Shown here: piece by piece, positions 21,890 to 35,079 of the stretch
Position numbering within the stretch: position 1 is the first letter of the stretch
How the letters are laid out: each line of letters starts with the position of its first letter
Source: Escherichia coli
GTDB taxonomy: Bacteria; Pseudomonadota; Gammaproteobacteria; Enterobacterales; Enterobacteriaceae
Assembly: GCF_044647545.1 (NCBI RefSeq)
Contig: NZ_CP172818.1
Reading direction: 5' to 3' (one strand)
Length of the DNA: 64,000 nt
The notes under the pieces: generated by a model
Databases searched by the model: none
Told to the model about the DNA's origin: nothing
What the model saw: only the letters and a program-made list of their open reading frames with translations
Made by a program: the position numbers and the translations under genes

Positions 21890-22569
21890 GCTTGCGCTCC
21901 TTGCGTTGGGTTGCGACGTTCTTCGAAGTTAAGCCAGACGCGCAAAATGTTGGCTCCGACAAATTTAAACACCAGGATGACTGCTAAAGGTACGATTACG
22001 GACGTGCCCAGAAAGGCAAACACCGCGACGCCGGAAGAGAAGTAGTTGGTGATAATGGCGCTACCACTGGTTTGATATGCGGCGAAAATCACTTTATCGC
22101 GTTCGGTAATTTCACCTTCCTGCGCCAGCTCTTTGGTCATACCTGCGGCGGCATCGGTGTTTTGCAGGTTAGCGATCAGCGCCAGCGAGCAGATCCCTGG
22201 AATGCCCAACAACGGTTTTAGCACTGGCGTCATTAACTGCTGCGCGGCGCGTAATCCGCCAAGACCATCGGTAATTGAAATAATCCCCAGAGAGAGAATG
22301 ACTGACGGTGCCAGCTCCAGCGCAAAGAGAAAGCCATCTTTAGCCCCCGCGCCACCCGCGCCGCGAAACGAGGTGGTGGCTCCGTTCGCACCAGGCAGTT
22401 GCCCAAACGATCCGTTCAGAACGGAAAAATCAAAAACGCGCCACCAACTGTCTGTCCCGGAAAAAACACCGGAAAAAAAGATTATGGTGAGAAAAAAAGC
22501 CAGATACCCTTTAATGCCCACTTTTTCTGTCGCCAGCTCCCCGGCTACAGCATCCCCTTGTTGTGTCAT
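21886..22569 (-). CDS. yjiH: Nucleoside-recognition domain inner-membrane protein
   Basis: ORF 21886-22581; preferred start is ATG at 22567-22569 (MTQQGDAVAGE...). Confidence 0.75.
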   Translation of the reverse strand: MTQQGDAVAGELATEKVGIKGYLAFFLTIIFFSGVFSGTDSWWRVFDFSVLNGSFGQLPGANGATTSFRGAGGAGAKDGFLFALELAPSVILSLGIISITDGLGGLRAAQQLMTPVLKPLLGIPGICSLALIANLQNTDAAAGMTKELAQEGEITERDKVIFAAYQTSGSAIITNYFSSGVAVFAFLGTSVIVPLAVILVFKFVGANILRVWLNFEERRNPTQGAQA

Positions 22570-22818
22570 AACAATCCCCATTGTTTTTTTGTGTTTGTGT
22601 GTTGCTTGAGCCAGGAAAATTCCTGGAGCTGAAAAACCTTATCAGCCATGTGGGTATGGGGAAAATGCAAGTATGTTTCTGACTATGCGTTTTTTGCATA
22701 GCGGTAAAATTACGCTGTGTGGAAAAGGTTCTACGCAGGATTGAGTTGCAGAAAATTCATAAACCCAGTGACAATGACATAGTAAATAAAAAACAGATAA
22801 TCCAGGGACGAAAACGCG

Positions 22819-23373
22819 ATGGCAAAGTACAACGAAAAAGAGCTGGCGGATACGAGCAAGTTTTTAAGTTTTGTCCTCCGACACAAACCGGAGGCGATTG
22901 GTATCGTACTGGACCGTGAAGGATGGGCGGATATCGATAAGCTCATACTTTGTGCCCAAAAAGCGGGCAAGCGGTTAACCCGTGCATTGCGGGATACTGT
23001 GGTTGCCACCAGCGATAAAAAGCGTTTTAGTTATTCCAGTGATGGTAGGTGCATCCGCGCGGTTCAGGGGCATTCGACTTCGCAGGTCGCTATTTCCTTT
23101 GCCGAAAAAACACCGCCACAGTTTCTCTACCACGGTACGGCAAGCCGTTTCCTTGACGAGATAAAAAAACAGGGGCTGATTGCAGGTGAGCGTCACTACG
23201 TACATCTCTCTGCTGATGAAGCAACGGCACGCAAAGTGGGAGCAAGACACGGATCGCCGGTTATTTTAACCGTCAAAGCACAGGAAATGGCGAAACGAGG
23301 CCTCCCTTTCTGGCAAGCGGAAAACGGGGTCTGGCTGACATCAACGGTTGCGGTTGAGTTTCTTGAGTGGTAA
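22819..23373 (+). CDS. kptA: RNA 2'-phosphotransferase (Tpt1 family)
   Basis: 184-aa [32 protein letters not shown]... Confidence 0.9.
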   Translation: MAKYNEKELADTSKFLSFVLRHKPEAIGIVLDREGWADIDKLILCAQKAGKRLTRALRDTVVATSDKKRFSYSSDGRCIRAVQGHSTSQVAISFAEKTPPQFLYHGTASRFLDEIKKQGLIAGERHYVHLSADEATARKVGARHGSPVILTVKAQEMAKRGLPFWQAENGVWLTSTVAVEFLEW

Positions 23374-23385
23374 GGGAAACTTCCC

Positions 23386-24564
23386 TCATGAAGTGACCAC
23401 TTGTAGCTTAAATAATTGCACTGTGCTGATAAGCGCAGCAATAAACAACGCCGCCGCGCCGCAGAGAGTGGCGCTGGCAAGCGCCGATGTTCCATTGCCG
23501 AGCATACTGGTCAGCGCCGGGCCGAGGATTTGCCCAATGCCGTAAATGAGCGTCACAAAGCCTAAAAGATTGAGATTTCCCGGTACGCTCAGTTGGCGGG
23601 CGATAGTCATCACCAGAGATGTCGTGCCCATAAAGGTACCGCCAAAACCAAGACTGCTGATGATAAGCAAGAGAGGCGAGTCGCTGGCGAGAGTAAGCAG
23701 CACACAGATAGCCTGCACCAGCAAATTCGCCGTCAGGCAGGGCAAAGCCCCCCAACGTTTTGCTGCCCATAGCCAGCCAAAGCAACCAGGCACAATTGAT
23801 AAGCCGACTAACGTCCAGAGATGGGCGGTTAACAATGGTGAGCCTGCATCTTTCGCCATGAGCGGCAGGTAAGTCGCGACGATGATATAACCAAATCCCG
23901 CCAGGCCGTACAGAATAGCCAGTAACCACCAGCTCATTATCTGTTGCTCCGTTTTTGCCAATGGCATTGGTGTGATGGCGTGTTTTTTCGAGGGCATTAA
24001 AAGCGTAAGTGCAATCAGCATCATGCCAGAAAGCGCCCCGGCGCCTTGCCATAACGTTTGCGAGGAGAGGTCAAAATGCAGGCCTGCCAGAACATATTCA
24101 TTGCCCAGTGCGATGCCAATGCCAACGCCAGAAAACAAAGCTGCCAGCACAAAAGGATGGCGCGTGTGCTGCATAATCAGCGTCGAACCAAAAATCAGCA
24201 TACCGGCGCTGGCGACACCCGCCAGGACGCGAATCAATAACACCAGAATAAATGGCGGCAACCATGCCATTGCGAGGATCAACAACCCGCTCGCCAGGGC
24301 AGAAGCCAACAGAAATGGGCGCAGGCGCGATGGCTGGTGAAATGCGCCAAAAGAAAATAGCAGACTGCCAGCCAGATACCCCGCATAGTTGCCGCTGGCA
24401 ATCCACGAGAGCTGGCTAAATGAAAACGATCCTTCCGCCATCATGACGGGCAACATAGGCGTATAAAGGAAGCGGCCTAAACCCATACCTAAGGTCAGAA
24501 CCAGCATCCCGAAAAGCGCGGTGCTGAAAGAAAAGCGTTCTACGGGATGCGTGGACGAAGGCAT
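23386..24564 (-). CDS. yjiJ: MFS-type transporter
   Basis: 392-aa, about 12-TM ORF. Confidence 0.8.
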   Translation of the reverse strand: MPSSTHPVERFSFSTALFGMLVLTLGMGLGRFLYTPMLPVMMAEGSFSFSQLSWIASGNYAGYLAGSLLFSFGAFHQPSRLRPFLLASALASGLLILAMAWLPPFILVLLIRVLAGVASAGMLIFGSTLIMQHTRHPFVLAALFSGVGIGIALGNEYVLAGLHFDLSSQTLWQGAGALSGMMLIALTLLMPSKKHAITPMPLAKTEQQIMSWWLLAILYGLAGFGYIIVATYLPLMAKDAGSPLLTAHLWTLVGLSIVPGCFGWLWAAKRWGALPCLTANLLVQAICVLLTLASDSPLLLIISSLGFGGTFMGTTSLVMTIARQLSVPGNLNLLGFVTLIYGIGQILGPALTSMLGNGTSALASATLCGAAALFIAALISTVQLFKLQVVTS

Positions 24565-24631
24565 GTTTAACCTTGTTTGTCATTTTTGTTGTTAACAAGT
24601 TAATAACAAAAAGGTGAAGCATGCCAGCCTG

Positions 24632-26584
<1,953 letters not shown>

Positions 26585-26587
26585 TCC

Positions 26588-27739
26588 TTACAGCATCTCA
26601 ATAAAGGCCGCGACACGGGTACTGAGCTGCCCGACATCCGAGGTGGAGTAGTCTGTTTCAATAGCGATATAAGGAATGTTGTGCTGCTGGCGCACATGAC
26701 GTTTAATCGCCAGCGATTCCACCGCGTAGGTATGGCACGCCTGCAAAATCACATCAACTACGCCATCGACCTGATATTCCTCCACCATCTGGCTGAGCAT
26801 TTTCAGGCGCTGATCGTTCGGCGAAACACAGGAGCAGCCAATCGCCAGATATTTATCCGCCAGCGCGTCGTAGACATCGCCCGTTTCTGCCACGCATTGC
26901 TCGGTCGCTTTCGCCCCGGTGCAGTTTTCATAACCGACAACCCAGCCGCCATTCTCTTCAATCGCGCGCACCACTTTTTCTGCTGCGCCGCCAATCGGGC
27001 AGCCGGTGATTAAAATGCGCGGACGCGGGTCCAGTCGCTGGCCTTCTTCCCACTGCTGACGAACGCGGGCGGTCATTGCATCCAGTTCATTGATCAACGC
27101 CTCTTTATCGAACCGGAAGGTTGCGCCGTAAACCACTTTCAGAATGTCGCTGCCGCTAAGCGCCGGAGGATTTAACTGCCCAAGATGATAAAAATTAGCC
27201 AGTGCGCGACGTTCGCGGTTTTTCAGCGCAATGGCATCGCGCAGAGCATCTTCGCTAATCTCGTGCCCAAAACGTTCTTCTACCGTTTTTTGCAAGCGCA
27301 GCATCTCGGCTTTCCATAACGCACGCGAGGCATCGTCCTTAACGCTGTTGGGCAATTGCATCACATGAACAGGCTTAAACTCCGCCATGTATTCATACAT
27401 TTTCTTTTTGCCGTCGCAGGTGGTTTCACCGACCACCAGATCCGAAAAGTAGAAGTAGGGGCATTTATCGGTTTTGCCGAAGCCGTAGCTGCTTTTAATC
27501 AGCGGGCAGAGGTTGCGCGGCAGATCTTTCTCCGCTTCTTCAATGGTTTCATCAGAGGTGGAACAGAGCGAAACCACAACCGCACCGGCTGCCATCGGGA
27601 TCTCTTGCGGCATAAAGGTGCAGTAAGTGCCAACCAGCGGAATGCCGCGCTCCTTGAGATCCATGACGGTGAGAAAGCCTGTCTGGCGAGCTTCAGAGAA
27701 CTGATCGAAAATGGCGGGTAGATCGGTGACAAGTGACAT
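26588..27739 (-). CDS. yjiM: 2-hydroxyglutaryl-CoA dehydratase-like (HgdB/HgdC family) protein
   Basis: ORF 26588-27760; ATG at 27737-27739 (MSLVTDLPAIFDQF...) with RBS GGAAGG; conserved Cys residues. Confidence 0.85.
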   Translation of the reverse strand: MSLVTDLPAIFDQFSEARQTGFLTVMDLKERGIPLVGTYCTFMPQEIPMAAGAVVVSLCSTSDETIEEAEKDLPRNLCPLIKSSYGFGKTDKCPYFYFSDLVVGETTCDGKKKMYEYMAEFKPVHVMQLPNSVKDDASRALWKAEMLRLQKTVEERFGHEISEDALRDAIALKNRERRALANFYHLGQLNPPALSGSDILKVVYGATFRFDKEALINELDAMTARVRQQWEEGQRLDPRPRILITGCPIGGAAEKVVRAIEENGGWVVGYENCTGAKATEQCVAETGDVYDALADKYLAIGCSCVSPNDQRLKMLSQMVEEYQVDGVVDVILQACHTYAVESLAIKRHVRQQHNIPYIAIETDYSTSDVGQLSTRVAAFIEML

Positions 27740-27854
27740 GATTTTCCTTCCCCGTACCACGGGAGATAATGAAAAGAGGCCACATTATTACCATTCTTTT
27801 AGTATGGTTTATTTGATCTCTCTCGCGGTTAGCCACTTAGTTTTTCATGGATTT

Positions 27855-29135
27855 CTAAAAATTGCCGAGGGGGAACAAGGCCGGGAGCTGCGACAGCAAA
27901 TATAAAATTAGCCCAATACAACCGCCAACCAGCGTACCGTTGACACGAATAAACTGCAGATCTTTGCCGATATTTAACTCTATTTGCCGCGACATATCCC
28001 GCGCATCCCAGCTTTTTACCGTATCGCTGATGTGGCGCGTCAGGAATGCGGAAAACTCAGGCGCGACGCGGTGCGCGGCTTGTTCAAGATGACCATTTAA
28101 CGACGCCCGCAAGGCATCATCGGCAATTAACGTTTCGCCAAACCATTGACCCGCTCGTGCGATGCGTTCTTTCACACGAGAATCTTCACTGTTGATATCC
28201 ACTTTCAGCCATTCCCGTAAATCCCCCCACAATTCACTGAGATAGCGATTAAAAGCTTCATCTTCTTTCAGATAGCTTTTTACGGCATCGGCTCGCGCTG
28301 CCATTTCCGGATCGTTTTTCAGCTTGTCGATCAGGGCGAAGGTGGCGCGATCAAACGCATGGCGGATCTGATGCGCACGATCGCGACTAATATCATCAAG
28401 CAAAGAATTCACCGCGTCAGAAACCAACTCCGCGCTATGTTCGCCCAACCATTCGGTGGGGAGAATTTTGGCTTTCAGTGGATGCTCGCTCTCCAGCCAG
28501 CGAACAATTTGCTGGGCGATAAACTTGCGCGATTTATCGCGCTGGAGAAGGGCGATCAACTGTGCGATCAGCGTATCCAGCAGCACCTGATGACGATCGT
28601 TTTTGGTCATACTCTCCAGCATCAACGCACTGGTGCCGGAAAGATCGACCTTATCAATCGCCCGATGGACCGCGCGCTTAAGCAGGCGCTGAATACGCGC
28701 ATCATCGGTAAGTTCGAGAAAACCGCTCATGATCTGCAACAGATGCTGACCAACGCGGCGGGCGTTTTCTGGCTGGCTAAACCAGTTGCCAATCAGCAAC
28801 GCCGGTTCGTGGCGTCGAATCAATGCCACCAGGGATTGAGTATCAAGAAATTTTTCCTGCACGAACTGGCCGAGATTTTCGCCAATCCGGTCTTTATTAC
28901 GCGGGATAATCGCCGTATGGCGAGAAATGATCGGAATCGGCACGCGGCGAAACAGCGCCACCACCGCAAACCAGTCCGCCAGCGCGCCGACCATCGCCGC
29001 TTCAGCAATCGCCTTCACGCCGCTCACCCAAAAATTGGGCGGCAAAAACAGCGTAACGACAAAGGTAGCAGCGGCGATAAGCAGTAAAGAGAGCGCCAAC
29101 ATTTTGGCGCGTCTGAGTTCAATGAGTTTATTCAT
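27855..29135 (-). CDS. yjiN: DUF445 inner-membrane protein
   Basis: 426-aa ORF with N-terminal TM segments. Confidence 0.8.
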   Translation of the reverse strand: MNKLIELRRAKMLALSLLLIAAATFVVTLFLPPNFWVSGVKAIAEAAMVGALADWFAVVALFRRVPIPIISRHTAIIPRNKDRIGENLGQFVQEKFLDTQSLVALIRRHEPALLIGNWFSQPENARRVGQHLLQIMSGFLELTDDARIQRLLKRAVHRAIDKVDLSGTSALMLESMTKNDRHQVLLDTLIAQLIALLQRDKSRKFIAQQIVRWLESEHPLKAKILPTEWLGEHSAELVSDAVNSLLDDISRDRAHQIRHAFDRATFALIDKLKNDPEMAARADAVKSYLKEDEAFNRYLSELWGDLREWLKVDINSEDSRVKERIARAGQWFGETLIADDALRASLNGHLEQAAHRVAPEFSAFLTRHISDTVKSWDARDMSRQIELNIGKDLQFIRVNGTLVGGCIGLILYLLSQLPALFPLGNF

Positions 29136-29175
29136 AACGTTAAGAATAGAGCCTGACGGCAGGATCGCGCAAAAA

Positions 29176-30363
29176 TCACTGCTCCTCTGCCAGCTCGGCA
29201 GCCTGATGTTGGCGCACGCGATTAAGCAATCCCGCCAGGGTGAAAACGACGATAACGCCCGCCACGACGGCTAACAGATGAAACGGCAAGCGACCGCCGT
29301 TAAACCACAGCCACCGGCCGATTTCGACCGAGACAGACATCACCATCAGGATCACCATATTCAGCGATGCGGAGACGGTCCCTTTCGGTAAGTTATTGGA
29401 AAACAGCGTAAAGCGGAATAAGGTCGGGAAGATCAAACCAATCCCGAAAGCATACAAACTGGTGCCCAGCACCGACCACAGCCATACGTGCGGTGACAGC
29501 AGATTGCCGATAATCAACAGCGCGAGGCCAACCAGTTGAATGGGTACGGCACGCCAGATAAAGCGCGGTTCGGTCGGATCTTTAACGAAACGCGCCACGA
29601 TGGCATTCGCGACAATCACCGCGCCGAACACCGGAACCTGTGTCCAGGCGAACTGCGAGGTCGTTAAGCCGCCTGCGTCAATCAGGATCACCGGCGAGAC
29701 AGCCACCCAACTCATCATTGGGATATAGCTTAAAGAGATGGTTGCTGCACCAAAGAGGAACTGCCGATTGCAAAAGACATTACGAAAATCGCGCAAGACG
29801 CTTTTGGCGCTAAATGAAACCGCGCCGCGCTTCACCGTCTCTGGCATCGCCAGCAGTAAGCCAACAAATGAGATAAAACCCATAATCGCAATGATGGCAA
29901 AAAGGACTTTCCAGTGTACAAAGTGCATCAGAGCTGCGCCGGAAAGCGGGCCGATAATCGGCGCAATCAGTACGATGGAGGTGATAATCGCCATCAACCT
30001 GATCCCTTTTGTCTGGCCGAACGCCTCCTGCACCGTGACATAACCAACGGTGGCAATAAAACAGATACTGGTGCCCTGAATTGCACGCGCGATAAGAAAC
30101 TGTGTCATAGACGTTGTGAACATTGTCGCAGCGCAGGCAAGGGTAAATATTAGCGCCCCGGTAATCAGCACCGGCCTGCGGCCAATCCTGTCGGAAAGCG
30201 GCCCCAGCAGCCACTGTAACGCCATACCGCCCGCGAGATAGAGACTGACGGCTGCCGGGGCCAGACTGACATCGGCATTAAAATCACGGACCACATTAAT
30301 GATCCCCGGCTGAATCAGGTCCGTCGACAGGTACGCGGCAAAATCATACAAAATCAACGCCAT
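29176..30363 (-). CDS. mdtM: MFS multidrug efflux pump MdtM; 5' end disrupted by the adjacent poly-G block
   Basis: Native-looking frame from ...[24 protein letters not shown]...; the ORF-track start (30453) lies in the G-rich block; first credible in-frame ATG is 30361-30363. Confidence 0.75.
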   Translation of the reverse strand: MALILYDFAAYLSTDLIQPGIINVVRDFNADVSLAPAAVSLYLAGGMALQWLLGPLSDRIGRRPVLITGALIFTLACAATMFTTSMTQFLIARAIQGTSICFIATVGYVTVQEAFGQTKGIRLMAIITSIVLIAPIIGPLSGAALMHFVHWKVLFAIIAIMGFISFVGLLLAMPETVKRGAVSFSAKSVLRDFRNVFCNRQFLFGAATISLSYIPMMSWVAVSPVILIDAGGLTTSQFAWTQVPVFGAVIVANAIVARFVKDPTEPRFIWRAVPIQLVGLALLIIGNLLSPHVWLWSVLGTSLYAFGIGLIFPTLFRFTLFSNNLPKGTVSASLNMVILMVMSVSVEIGRWLWFNGGRLPFHLLAVVAGVIVVFTLAGLLNRVRQHQAAELAEEQ

Positions 30364-30376
30364 CGGGAAAAACAGC

Positions 30377-31205
<829 letters not shown>

Positions 31206-31332
31206 AGGACGCTGGTGCACTAATGACGAAACAAAGGAGGGGTTCTTCACGTTTGTGAAGGTGCCGAAACTGGATATGGACTATTGAGTGAAATGTCAGG
31301 CCGCAGATGCGGCGCCATCATCCGGCCCAAAA

Positions 31333-32289
31333 TTACTTCCTCAACCCCGCAAACGCTGCCCGAATCTCTTCCTCCGGCAACTGAATCCCGATAAACACCA
31401 TCGTGCTATGCGGTTTTTCATCGCCCCACGGGCGGTCCCAGTCGGCGCTGTAGAGGCGTTGGACGCCCTGGAATAGCAGGCGGTTAGGTTCGCCGTCAAT
31501 CCATAGCATCCCTTTGTAACGCAGTAGTTTATCCGCCGACTCCAGCAGCAGGTTTTCCATCACCCGGGAAACTTCGCTGATATCTACCGGGTAATCCAGT
31601 TCCACCACAATCGACGAAATATCGTTTTGTTTGTCCGCGATAAAGTGGAAACGCGGTTTGGTGCTGACGACGTTTTCTTCCAGCATAAAACCGTTGGTGT
31701 TGAACAGAAGGCCCAGGTCGATATCGCCGTGGGTAACGGTGTAGACCGGTGCGCGGGCGTTGATGCGCGCCAGGCGTTCACGCAGTTTCTCTGCTTCGCC
31801 TGCGACGTCGGTTTTCGTCAGCAGAATACGGTCGGCGTAGCCAACCTGGGACTGGGCGATGGTGAACTGGTTCATCTGCTCATCGGCATGTACCGCATCC
31901 ACCAGCGCAATCACGCCGTCCAGCAGGTAGCGCTGGCATAAAATCTCATGGGAGAAAAAGGTCTGAATAATCGGGCCGGGATCGGCCATGCCGGTGCATT
32001 CAATGACCAGACGGTCGAACTGAATATTGCCCTTGTCGAGATTATCCAGCAGGTCGAGTAGTGCGTCTTCCAGCTCGTTGGAGCGCGAACAGCAGATGCA
32101 GCCGTTGGTCAGCGTTTTGATCTGCGTGGCGCGGTCGCCAATCAGTTGATCATCAACGGAGACTTCGCCGAATTCGTTTTCAATCACGGCAATCTTGTAG
32201 CCGTGTTGTTCGTTAAGAATATGGCGCAGCAGGGTGGTTTTGCCCGCGCCTAAAAAACCGGTGAGTAGGGTAACTGCAATCGGGTTCAT
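31333..32289 (-). CDS. yjiA: GTP-binding metal chaperone of the COG0523 family
   Basis: ORF 31333-32373; ATG at 32287-32289 gives MNPIAVTLLTGFLGAGKTTLLRHILNEQHG... (318 aa); P-loop and CxCC motif. Confidence 0.9.
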   Translation of the reverse strand: MNPIAVTLLTGFLGAGKTTLLRHILNEQHGYKIAVIENEFGEVSVDDQLIGDRATQIKTLTNGCICCSRSNELEDALLDLLDNLDKGNIQFDRLVIECTGMADPGPIIQTFFSHEILCQRYLLDGVIALVDAVHADEQMNQFTIAQSQVGYADRILLTKTDVAGEAEKLRERLARINARAPVYTVTHGDIDLGLLFNTNGFMLEENVVSTKPRFHFIADKQNDISSIVVELDYPVDISEVSRVMENLLLESADKLLRYKGMLWIDGEPNRLLFQGVQRLYSADWDRPWGDEKPHSTMVFIGIQLPEEEIRAAFAGLRK

Positions 32290-32299
32290 GCTCTCTCCA

Positions 32300-32503
32300 T
32301 TAACAACAGCGCATACCGCCTTTACCATCGCCGCCGTAGCGTGCGTTCTGGCGTTCGCGGAAGAATTCTTCATAGCTCATGTACGGCTTGTCGGGATGGT
32401 TGGTCTTCATATGCTCGACGTAGTTGTCGTAGTCTGGAATGCCAATCAACATCTTCGCCGCCTGGCCGAGATATTTTTTTGCCTGTCCTAAGTTACCAAA
32501 CAT
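32300..32503 (-). CDS. yjiX: Small conserved protein YjiX
   Basis: 67-aa [70 protein letters not shown], immediately downstream of btsT. Confidence 0.85.
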
Positions 32504-32552
32504 AGTTCACTCTGATAAGAACAAAGCCCCGCCGAAGCGGGGCTAAACACGG

Positions 32553-34703
32553 TTAGTGGTGCGAAGAGATCTTCACGCCGCCTTCCGGGATTGGAACGTA
32601 CGGTGTTTCTTTGTCAGTACGTTTGTCGCTGTTACGCACCGCAAGCCAGGTTTTGAAACCGTAGAAGATGATGCTGTACACCACAATCAGGAACAGAATA
32701 CTCAGACCTGCGTTGGTGTAGTTGTTCACAACGATGTGGTTCATGTTGGCAATCTGCTGCGCCGTCAGGTCAGTACCGTTAGCAATCTTCTCTTTGTACT
32801 GGCTTGCCATGTAGAAGAAGCCTTCCATCTGCGGGTTGGTGCTGAACAGTTTCAGGCCCAGCGCCCAGGTGGTGCAGATAAGCAGCCATACAGCCGGAAC
32901 AACAGTTACCCAGATGTATTGGGTGCGCTTCATCTTAATCAGCACAACGGTGCCCAGTACCAGCGCTACGGCTGCCAGCATCTGGTTGGAAATACCGAAC
33001 AGCGGCCACAGGCTCTTAACGCCGCCCAGCGGATCGACCACGCCCTGATACAGCAGGTAGCCCCACAGACCCACACAGCCCGCAGTACCGATGATACCGG
33101 CAACCAGAGAGTCGGTTTTTTTCAGGAACGGGATGAAGTTACCCAGCAGGTCTTGCAGCATAAAGCGGCCAGAACGGGTACCCGCATCCAGCGCGGTCAG
33201 GATGAACAGTGCTTCGAACAGAATACCGAAGTGATACCAGAAGCCCATGTCAGCCATCGGCAGCACTTTGTGGAACACGTGAGCGATACCTACCGCCAGC
33301 GTCGGCGCACCACCTGCACGGTTCAGGACAGAAGGCTCACCAATGTCTTTCGCGGTTTGCAGGATCTGCTCTGGCGAAATCACGAAGCCCCAGGAGCTGA
33401 CGGTCGCTGCCGCGTGTGCGGTAACGTCTTTCAGCTGCGCCATGATGATCGGCGCGTTCTCGCCACCCATTTCATGCAGGTTAGGCATGGTGATGCCAAG
33501 GCCAGCAGGCGGGGTGTTCATCGCGAAGTAAAGACCCGGTTCGATGATGGACGCAGCAACCAGCGCCATAATCGCCACGAAGGACTCCATCAGCATTGCG
33601 CCGTAGCCGATGAAACGCGCGTCGGTTTCATTAGCCAGCAGTTTTGGCGTCGTACCGGAAGAGATCAGCGCGTGGAAGCCAGATACCGCACCACAGGCGA
33701 TGGTGATGAACAGGAACGGGAACAGAGCGCCTTTCCACAGCGGGCCAGTACCGTCAATGTACTGGGTCATGGCAGGCATTTTCAGTTCCGGGTTCAGCAC
33801 CACGATACCCAGCGCCAGGCCGACGATAACGCCGATTTTCAGGAAGGTTGCCAGATAGTCGCGCGGTGCGAGGATCAGCCACACCGGCAGCAGTGCGGAA
33901 ACAAACGCATAGCCAATCAGCGCGAAGGTAATGGTGGTGTCTTTAAAGGTCAGTGCCGGACCCCAGTACGGATCGTGAGCAATCACGCCACCGAAGTAGA
34001 TAGAGGCAACCAGCAGCACGATACCAATGACAGAGACTTCACCCACACGCCCCGGACGAATAAAGCGCATGTAGATACCCATAAACAGCGCAATCGGTAC
34101 GGTTGAGCAAACGGTGAAGACACCCCACGGACTTTCGGCCAGGGCTTTAACCACAATCAGCGCCAGGACGGCGAGGATGATGATCATGATTAAGAAACAG
34201 CCAAACAGCGCGATAGTCCCCGGTACTGGTCCCATCTCTTCTTTGATCATCTCACCAAGAGATGCGCCATTACGGCGAGAGGAGATAAACAGCACCATAA
34301 AGTCCTGAACCGCACCGGCCAGCACGACCCCCGCCAGCAGCCACAGCGTGCCAGGCAGGTAGCCCATCTGCGCGGCGAGAACCGGACCCACCAGCGGACC
34401 AGCACCGGCGATAGCGGCGAAGTGGTGACCAAACAACACGTAACGGTTGGTCGGAACGTAGTTCAGACCGTCGTTGTTAATAACCGCAGGCGTCGCGCGC
34501 GTGGGGTCGAGTTTCATCACCTTCTGGGCGATGTACAGACTGTAGTAGCGATACGCCACCAGATACACCGATACAGAGGCGACCACGATCCACAGGGCGC
34601 TGACGTGCTCCCCCCGACGTAATGCAACTACCGCGAGGCAGAATGCACCGATGATTCCGAGAATCACCCAGGGTATGTGCTTGAATATCTTTTTAGTATC
34701 CAT
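32553..34703 (-). CDS. btsT: Pyruvate/H+ symporter BtsT (CstA family)
   Basis: ORF 32553-34718; ATG at 34701-34703 gives MDTKKIFKHIPWVILGIIGAF... (716 aa). Confidence 0.9.
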   Translation of the reverse strand: MDTKKIFKHIPWVILGIIGAFCLAVVALRRGEHVSALWIVVASVSVYLVAYRYYSLYIAQKVMKLDPTRATPAVINNDGLNYVPTNRYVLFGHHFAAIAGAGPLVGPVLAAQMGYLPGTLWLLAGVVLAGAVQDFMVLFISSRRNGASLGEMIKEEMGPVPGTIALFGCFLIMIIILAVLALIVVKALAESPWGVFTVCSTVPIALFMGIYMRFIRPGRVGEVSVIGIVLLVASIYFGGVIAHDPYWGPALTFKDTTITFALIGYAFVSALLPVWLILAPRDYLATFLKIGVIVGLALGIVVLNPELKMPAMTQYIDGTGPLWKGALFPFLFITIACGAVSGFHALISSGTTPKLLANETDARFIGYGAMLMESFVAIMALVAASIIEPGLYFAMNTPPAGLGITMPNLHEMGGENAPIIMAQLKDVTAHAAATVSSWGFVISPEQILQTAKDIGEPSVLNRAGGAPTLAVGIAHVFHKVLPMADMGFWYHFGILFEALFILTALDAGTRSGRFMLQDLLGNFIPFLKKTDSLVAGIIGTAGCVGLWGYLLYQGVVDPLGGVKSLWPLFGISNQMLAAVALVLGTVVLIKMKRTQYIWVTVVPAVWLLICTTWALGLKLFSTNPQMEGFFYMASQYKEKIANGTDLTAQQIANMNHIVVNNYTNAGLSILFLIVVYSIIFYGFKTWLAVRNSDKRTDKETPYVPIPEGGVKISSHH

Positions 34704-34838
34704 AGTAAAACCTGGCATGTATTGATTAATAGTTGGCCGAAGCCGTTCTAGGTTTGCGTTGCGTTTGAGGAGGTAAATTGACCGCTATCCTGTAGTGATG
34801 TTGCCAGAGTTACGCGCGCGTAAAGTAAGGTAAATAAC

Positions 34839-34867
34839 TGAGTGGTTATTTTAGGGATGTAAGCGGT
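34839..34867 (-). promoter_or_regulatory. BtsR (YehT, LytTR-type) binding site: direct repeat ACC(G/A)CT(C/T)A-N13-ACC(G/A)CT(C/T)A
   Basis: Minus strand reads ACCGCTTA-catccctaaaata-ACCACTCA, about 150 bp upstream of btsT. Confidence 0.65.
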
Positions 34868-34912
34868 CAGTTTTGCGGTTGAGCGGCAAAGGCGTCGTTT
34901 AAGTGACGATAA

Positions 34913-34934
34913 ATATGTGATTCATATCACATAT
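34913..34934. promoter_or_regulatory. CRP binding site with a perfect TGTGA-N6-TCACA core
   Basis: atatgTGTGAttcataTCACAtat; the flanks extend it to an 11-bp inverted repeat with a 4-bp spacer (34911-34936). Confidence 0.65.
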
Positions 34935-35022
34935 TTATATTGTGAATAATTTATGTAAATAATGGCTTTTTAAATTCAGAGTGTGAATAAAATTACTCGG
35001 CGTAATCTCCGCGGGATATTCA

Positions 35023-35049
35023 TAAAGTTTTTCCTTTCCAGGCCGAAAA
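35023..35049 (+). promoter_or_regulatory. Sigma-28 (FliA) class 3 flagellar promoter for tsr
   Basis: TAAAGTTT-N11-GCCGAAAA against consensus TAAAGTTT-N11-GCCGATAA, 30 bp upstream of the tsr ATG. Confidence 0.7.
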
Positions 35050-35079
35050 TCTTGCATCGGTCCACAGGAAAGAGAAACC

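Noticed and set aside
32556-34106. 516-aa plus-strand ORF antisense to btsT
   Set aside because: It lies wholly inside the well-supported btsT gene on the opposite strand; its translation is Arg/His/Gln-rich antisense sequence of a GC-rich membrane-protein gene.
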